Below, in pieces: positions 59,527 to 64,000 of a DNA stretch of 64,000 nucleotides. The position numbers were made by a program, and so were the translations under genes. Within the stretch, counting starts at the first letter, position 1. The number at the start of each line of letters is the position of its first letter. The notes under the pieces are model-generated. The model was not told the DNA's origin and ran no database searches. It was given only the letters and a program-made list of their open reading frames with translations. Source of the DNA: a virus; the IMG/VR virus record IMGVR_UViG_3300024999_000048, positions 1 to 64,000 of that record; one strand, 5' to 3'.

Positions 59527-60357
59527 TTGATTTGGTTAAACGACACGTTATTAGATTTCACCACATTCCCAAATGGGGAAACAAAAATCAATGAACAACA
59601 AATTAATAAAATTTTAGGAGGTGTTAATAATTCATTAACTACATTTAAATATCAATCAGATGCAGATTTGATTAAGTTATTATTCCTAAAGAAATACCTA
59701 GATCAATTAAAAGTAAAATCTGATCTACATATTATGTACATGCCATATAGTAGAATGGATAGATCGGAAGGAGGTTCAGCATTCACACTAAAATATATTG
59801 CAGAATTTATTAATGGTTTAGGATTTGATTATATTCACGTATTAGAACCACATTCTAATGTAACTCCTGCATTATTAAATAATTGTAAAACTAGATTCTT
59901 GTCTGTTGATATATTTTATGATATTAAAGACAAAATTAATTTCAATAATGATACTGATTATGTGTATTATCCTGATGCCGGAGCAGAGAAACGTTATAGT
60001 AAAATGATTGCTGTTCCTAATCAATTAGTAGGATTTAAACACAGAGATTTTAAAACAGGTAAAATTACTAGTCTTCAAGTTTTTGGAGATGTTAAGAAAA
60101 AAGGATTTAAAGTGGTTATGGTAGATGACTTGAGTAGTTACGGAGGTACATTTATCTTAGGAGCAAAACAACTTAGAGAGCTTGGTGCTTCAGAGATTTA
60201 TCTTGTTGTTGGACATTGTGAAGAATCAATTTATAAAGGTGATATATTTAAGACAGATTTAATTGATAAAGTTTTCACTACTGATACTATTATGAATGAA
60301 TCTTTAAATAATAAAATTGAAGTATATAAAATTATGAATAAGAAAGAGGCAAAATAA
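59527..60357 (+). CDS. PRPP synthetase-like protein (candidate Adps of NARP1)
   Basis: FPNGE, YMPYSRMDR, YPDAGA.KRY, K.RDF.TG.I, VDDL.SYGGTF. Confidence 0.85.
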   Translation: MIWLNDTLLDFTTFPNGETKINEQQINKILGGVNNSLTTFKYQSDADLIKLLFLKKYLDQLKVKSDLHIMYMPYSRMDRSEGGSAFTLKYIAEFINGLGFDYIHVLEPHSNVTPALLNNCKTRFLSVDIFYDIKDKINFNNDTDYVYYPDAGAEKRYSKMIAVPNQLVGFKHRDFKTGKITSLQVFGDVKKKGFKVVMVDDLSSYGGTFILGAKQLRELGASEIYLVVGHCEESIYKGDIFKTDLIDKVFTTDTIMNESLNNKIEVYKIMNKKEAK

Positions 60358-60358
60358 T

Positions 60359-62068
60359 ATGAAAACAAATCCATTGTTAATGACAGATGCTTATAAAATT
60401 AGCCACCTCATTATGAGTGAAAAAGGTACAGAGAAAATCTATTCTACATTTACACCAAGACATTCAAGAATTGAAGGAATTAATGAAGTAGTATTCTTTG
60501 GATTACAAGGATTTATCAAGGATTATTTAATTGAAAATTTCAATGAAAATTTCTTCAATATGGATAAAGGAACTGTAATTGCAGATTATAAAAGAATCAT
60601 TAAGAATTCATTAGGAGATAATTGTGCTGATACTTCTCATATCGAAGCATTACATGATCTAGGATATTTACCTATTAAAATTAAAGCGGTAAAAGAAGGT
60701 ACCCTTATTCCAATGAAAGTTCCTGTATTTACAATTGAAAATACTCAAAAAGAATTCTATTGGTTGACAAATTTTTTAGAAACATTGATTTCTGCAAATA
60801 TGTGGAAAGTAATTACTGCTACAACAATTGTAAAGAAATATAGAGATATTTGTGAAAAATGGGCTGAGAAAACATGTGATAGTAAAGATCATATTCAATG
60901 GCAATGTCATAATTTTAGTTATAGAGGAATGAGTGGTCATGAAGATGCAGTTACTACAGGTGCAGGACATTTGCTGTATTTTACTGGAACAGATACTTTG
61001 CCAAGTATTCAGTATTTAGAACAATATTATGGCGCGAATGTAGAGAATGACCTTATTGGTGCAAGCGTTCTCGCCACGGAACATAGTATTCAATGTGGAT
61101 ATCAAGACGATCTGAGATATTTTAAGAGAATGATTACAGAAGTGGCTCCTAGCGGTATTGTTAGTATAGTTAGTGATGGATACGATTATTTCAATGTTCT
61201 TGGTAATATTTTACCTACACTAAAAGATGATATTATGAGTAGAGATGGTAAGACCGTCATTCGTCCTGACAGTGGCTCTCCAGTGAAAATTATTTGTGGG
61301 AATGTGATTGTTGAAGATTTAACCAATGAAGAATATTGTGATAATCTGGAAGATTGCAAGGAAATTATGTTGGAGAGAATGGTTGACGATATAAGAAATT
61401 ATACACCTCATGGAGAACATGGTATTTCTAGGCAAGATGCTATTTTTAAATTTCAAGATAAGCATTATGAAATTGTTATTGAAATTGATTGGAATAGACA
61501 TGACAAACAATATTATTATATTGATGGTGCTAATGTTTACATTTGTAAGGAAGCAGAGTTAACCTTAGAGCAAAAAGGTTCTGTAGAATCTCTGTGGGAT
61601 ACCTTTGGAGGTACTATTAATAGTAAAGGATATAAGGTATTAGATAGTCATATCGGAATTATTTATGGCGATAGCATTAGTCCAGAAATTGCTGAAGAAA
61701 CTTTCAAACAATTAGAAGCAAAAGGATTCTCTTCTGAAAACATCGTATATGGAGTTGGAAGTTATTCTTTGGGTTATCACACCAGAGATACATTTTCGAT
61801 GGCTTTAAAGGCCACTTACACGGTTATTGATGGAAAAGAGAAATTCATCTTTAAAGATCCTAAAACTGATATTGGTGGAATTAAAAAATCTCAAAGAGGT
61901 ATGGTTTCTGTGTTACAAGATCCTGATGATGGAGAAATATTTCTTATAGACAGATTAAATGCAGAGAAAAGAGATAATTATAATGGTCGTGATTTACTTG
62001 AAGATGTATTTATTGATGGGAAATTAGTAAGAGATGAAAGTTTAGCGGAAATTAGAGCAAGAGTTTAA
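60359..62068 (+). CDS. Nicotinamide phosphoribosyltransferase-like protein (candidate Namat of NARP1)
   Basis: TDAYK.SH, FFGLQ, F..RG, F.GTDT, ATEHS, SIVSD.YD, IRPDSG, IYGDSI, TRDT, KDP.TD. Confidence 0.9.
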   Translation: MKTNPLLMTDAYKISHLIMSEKGTEKIYSTFTPRHSRIEGINEVVFFGLQGFIKDYLIENFNENFFNMDKGTVIADYKRIIKNSLGDNCADTSHIEALHDLGYLPIKIKAVKEGTLIPMKVPVFTIENTQKEFYWLTNFLETLISANMWKVITATTIVKKYRDICEKWAEKTCDSKDHIQWQCHNFSYRGMSGHEDAVTTGAGHLLYFTGTDTLPSIQYLEQYYGANVENDLIGASVLATEHSIQCGYQDDLRYFKRMITEVAPSGIVSIVSDGYDYFNVLGNILPTLKDDIMSRDGKTVIRPDSGSPVKIICGNVIVEDLTNEEYCDNLEDCKEIMLERMVDDIRNYTPHGEHGISRQDAIFKFQDKHYEIVIEIDWNRHDKQYYYIDGANVYICKEAELTLEQKGSVESLWDTFGGTINSKGYKVLDSHIGIIYGDSISPEIAEETFKQLEAKGFSSENIVYGVGSYSLGYHTRDTFSMALKATYTVIDGKEKFIFKDPKTDIGGIKKSQRGMVSVLQDPDDGEIFLIDRLNAEKRDNYNGRDLLEDVFIDGKLVRDESLAEIRARV

Positions 62069-62083
62069 AATAAGAGGATAAGA

Positions 62084-62133
62084 TTGGATTCTGAAAGTAT
62101 ATTAATATTTTGCTTTCAGAATCTAAAATCCAA
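62084..62133 (+). terminator. Long hairpin after the NAMPT-like gene
   Basis: GATTCTGAAAG...CTTTCAGAATC inverted repeat. Confidence 0.5.
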
Positions 62134-63186
62134 ATATTAAGGAGGCCAATACCTATGGAAGAACTTGATATCTTTAGTGTTAGCATGAAGAAAATAGAAG
62201 GAACTAAAAATTATTAATCAAGGGGATTTAAATTTTATGAATTGGAATATTAATTTTTGTTCGAAGAAAGAGGATTTTGATTATTGTCAAAATAATTGCA
62301 ATAAAACATGTCCTACTGTATCAAATTTCTGGTATGGGCATATTATAAATCCATTAATTAATTTATGGATGACTATCCAAAACAGATTTACTAAATGTGA
62401 TAAATTACCTACTAAATGTTCGTTTTTGTTTTGTAAAAAGTATTGTTCTTTACATAGGAGATGCAAGTGAAAATACGAAAGAAGGTAAACAATATGTTTT
62501 ACGTCAAAAGCAAGAAACCTGAATCATGTTGTGATGAAGTATCAGGAACTCGTACAAAGAAAATAGTTTATGATATTCAATATAAGCGTGGTTATCCATT
62601 CTTTACTTTTTATGAGAACGGACAATGGATTACTAGAAGTGCAAAATATTATGAACCAGTAATTCAATCATAGAGTTATTTAGAAGGAATTCATAAAGGA
62701 GAATTGATTTCATGAAAGATATTTTTAATTTTGAATTAGATGAAAAGAATAAAAAGCGTTTTTCTCATTGTGATTTTGTATTCAAAGCAGAGAAGGAAAA
62801 TGATGGAAAATATAAAGTTACTTGGATTGAAGATGGAGAATTAGAGCAGTCATCTATAGAAGAAAAGAGAATGAAACATGGATTAGATGAAGGTTATTGG
62901 GTTATAAAACAAGACTAATTAAAAGAAAGGATAATAAATATGAAAGAAATACCAAATTGTAGAATATGTCAATTAAAATGTTGTGGATGCGAAAGTTATG
63001 ACACTTGCTTAATGCGTAAAGGTGAGAATGGTCATAAAATAGAAGATTGCACATTAATGGCTAGTAAATATTATTTGCTTACTGAGTATTTAAGTTATGA
63101 GAAAGGTTTAAATATGAGATTATGTAATTACGATGTGGTGTGTAAAAGTTTAGTGGAAGCATGGAATTAGGAAGGAGAAATGTAAT

Positions 63187-63519
63187 ATGGAAGATGAAAT
63201 AGTGGAGTATTTTATTGTTAATAGTGAATTAAATATGTCTGCTGGTAAGGTGTGCGCTCAAATAGGCCATGTGGCGACGATAATTGCAGTAGATTATTGT
63301 GATCAAGATATCTTTTGGAAGTGGTATCAAAAAGATCAGAAGAAAATAATTTTACGTGGTGAACAAAAGGATTTAGAGAAATTAATTGATGCAGGATTCT
63401 ATTATATTAGAGATAATGGGTGCAATGAAGTAGAAAAAGGGTCATTGACCTGTGTAGGACTTGAACCTATGTTAAAAAGTGAAGCACAGAAATTTGTGAA
63501 GAGATTACAATTGTATTAG
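63187..63519 (+). CDS. Peptidyl-tRNA hydrolase, PTH2 family
   Basis: L.MS.GK..AQ.GH, W...QKKI.L, IRD.G..EV..GS.T..G..P. Confidence 0.85.
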   Translation: MEDEIVEYFIVNSELNMSAGKVCAQIGHVATIIAVDYCDQDIFWKWYQKDQKKIILRGEQKDLEKLIDAGFYYIRDNGCNEVEKGSLTCVGLEPMLKSEAQKFVKRLQLY

Positions 63520-64000
63520 ATTCCCAGAAAAGAATAGTTTTAAAGGCAAGAAAGGACAACAAAAATGTTTAAATTAGAATTGTCAAAAGTTTCAGGGATT
63601 TTAGTTAAGCAATCAAATATATTTGAGTGCGATTTAAAAACTGCTTGGGAAAAGTGGATGCATCCTGCTATTACGGAACAGTTTACATATGAAGAAGTTA
63701 AATTGTTTATAGAGGGGAATAAAAGTAAGTGTAATAAGTATTAATTAATTTTAAAGAGGAGATTATATGCATAAAATAAAAGGATATTGGAGTAAATTTG
63801 TTTTAATTCAAATGATAGCAATAATACTTTTGTCTATAATTGGATTACCTAAAAGTAATTCCAGTATTTATTGGTGGATGGGAGTTACTTTGATTGATAT
63901 GATTGCTACTCATCCTGTATTTTATGAAGAGGAGTAAGATAATAATGGATGATGATATTATTGAATTTGAACCAGAAACTAAAATACCGTTATGGGGAAG

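Larger units (their letters stand above)
455..63547. repeat. Dispersed family of about 47 imperfect palindromes, 10-bp arm + 6-bp variable spacer + 10-bp arm (approx. TCCNATAAAA-N6-TTTTATNGGA), at gene boundaries
   Basis: Site starts read by eye: 455, 872, 1262, 1957, 4477, 5089, 6263, 8933, 11571, 11952, 12551, 17868, 19518, 22217, 24297, 25321, 25965, 27631, 28008, 29975, 30186, 30792, 36760, 39667, 39953, 40264, 40512, 41359, 41737, 42089, 42470, 43425, 43835, 44060, 44545, 45772, 48884, 50162, 50573, 50906, 51725, 51958, 54105, 55127, 55553, 58498, 63522. Some are degenerate. Confidence 0.8.
1..64000 (+). mobile_element. Early/accessory region of a large Firmicutes phage or SPbeta-like prophage (partial)
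   Basis: Uniform + strand array of short hypothetical ORFs with Firmicutes RBSs, plus YopX, Rha, Lar, HNH, tyrosine recombinase, and RNA-repair and NAD-salvage genes typical of large phages. No housekeeping operons and no structural genes. Confidence 0.85.

Noticed and set aside
97-61510. Minus-strand ORFs from the six-frame track
   Set aside because: They overlap better-supported + strand genes, lack RBSs and have antisense-shadow composition (rich in I, L, S, F).
455-63547. CRISPR or TIGR-like array interpretation of the dispersed repeat
   Set aside because: Copies are degenerate and separated by whole genes (0.2-6 kb), not by constant-length spacers. No cas or Nop-domain gene was recognised.
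1-64000. tRNA genes expected near the tRNA-repair cluster
   Set aside because: No cloverleaf with a T-loop GTTCRA and acceptor stem was seen by eye; tRNAscan-SE would be needed to exclude them.

Overview
An AT-rich, almost entirely plus-strand block of roughly 150-200 mostly small ORFs with Firmicutes-type ribosome-binding sites (AAGGAG/GAAAGGA) and sigmaA-type promoters. It reads as the early/accessory arm of a large Firmicutes (probably Clostridia) phage or SPbeta-like prophage; no virion structural genes are in the window. Recognisable genes include three HNH endonucleases, an SF2 helicase with HA repeats, an orphan HicA, a short tyrosine recombinase, a methyltransferase plus radical SAM pair, a probable replication initiator with an upstream repeat cluster, Rha-like proteins and an HD hydrolase. 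A 3' counter-defence block carries a metallophosphoesterase, NADAR, Thg1, RNA ligase, nucleotidyltransferase, PNK-HD, an RlmN-like enzyme, a Prs-like/NAMPT-like pair (NARP1-like) and PTH2. Main observations: (1) about 47 copies, found by eye, of a 26-bp imperfect palindrome (approx. TCCNATAAAA-N6-TTTTATNGGA, like difSL/difH) sit at gene boundaries and divide the region into cassette-like modules, four with a conserved accessory arm; (2) a pistol ribozyme at 1628-1702; (3) an unassigned ~320-nt structured RNA candidate at 3072-3397. Several frameshifted or nonsense-interrupted ORFs suggest decay or assembly errors. Many hypothetical ORFs are not listed individually.
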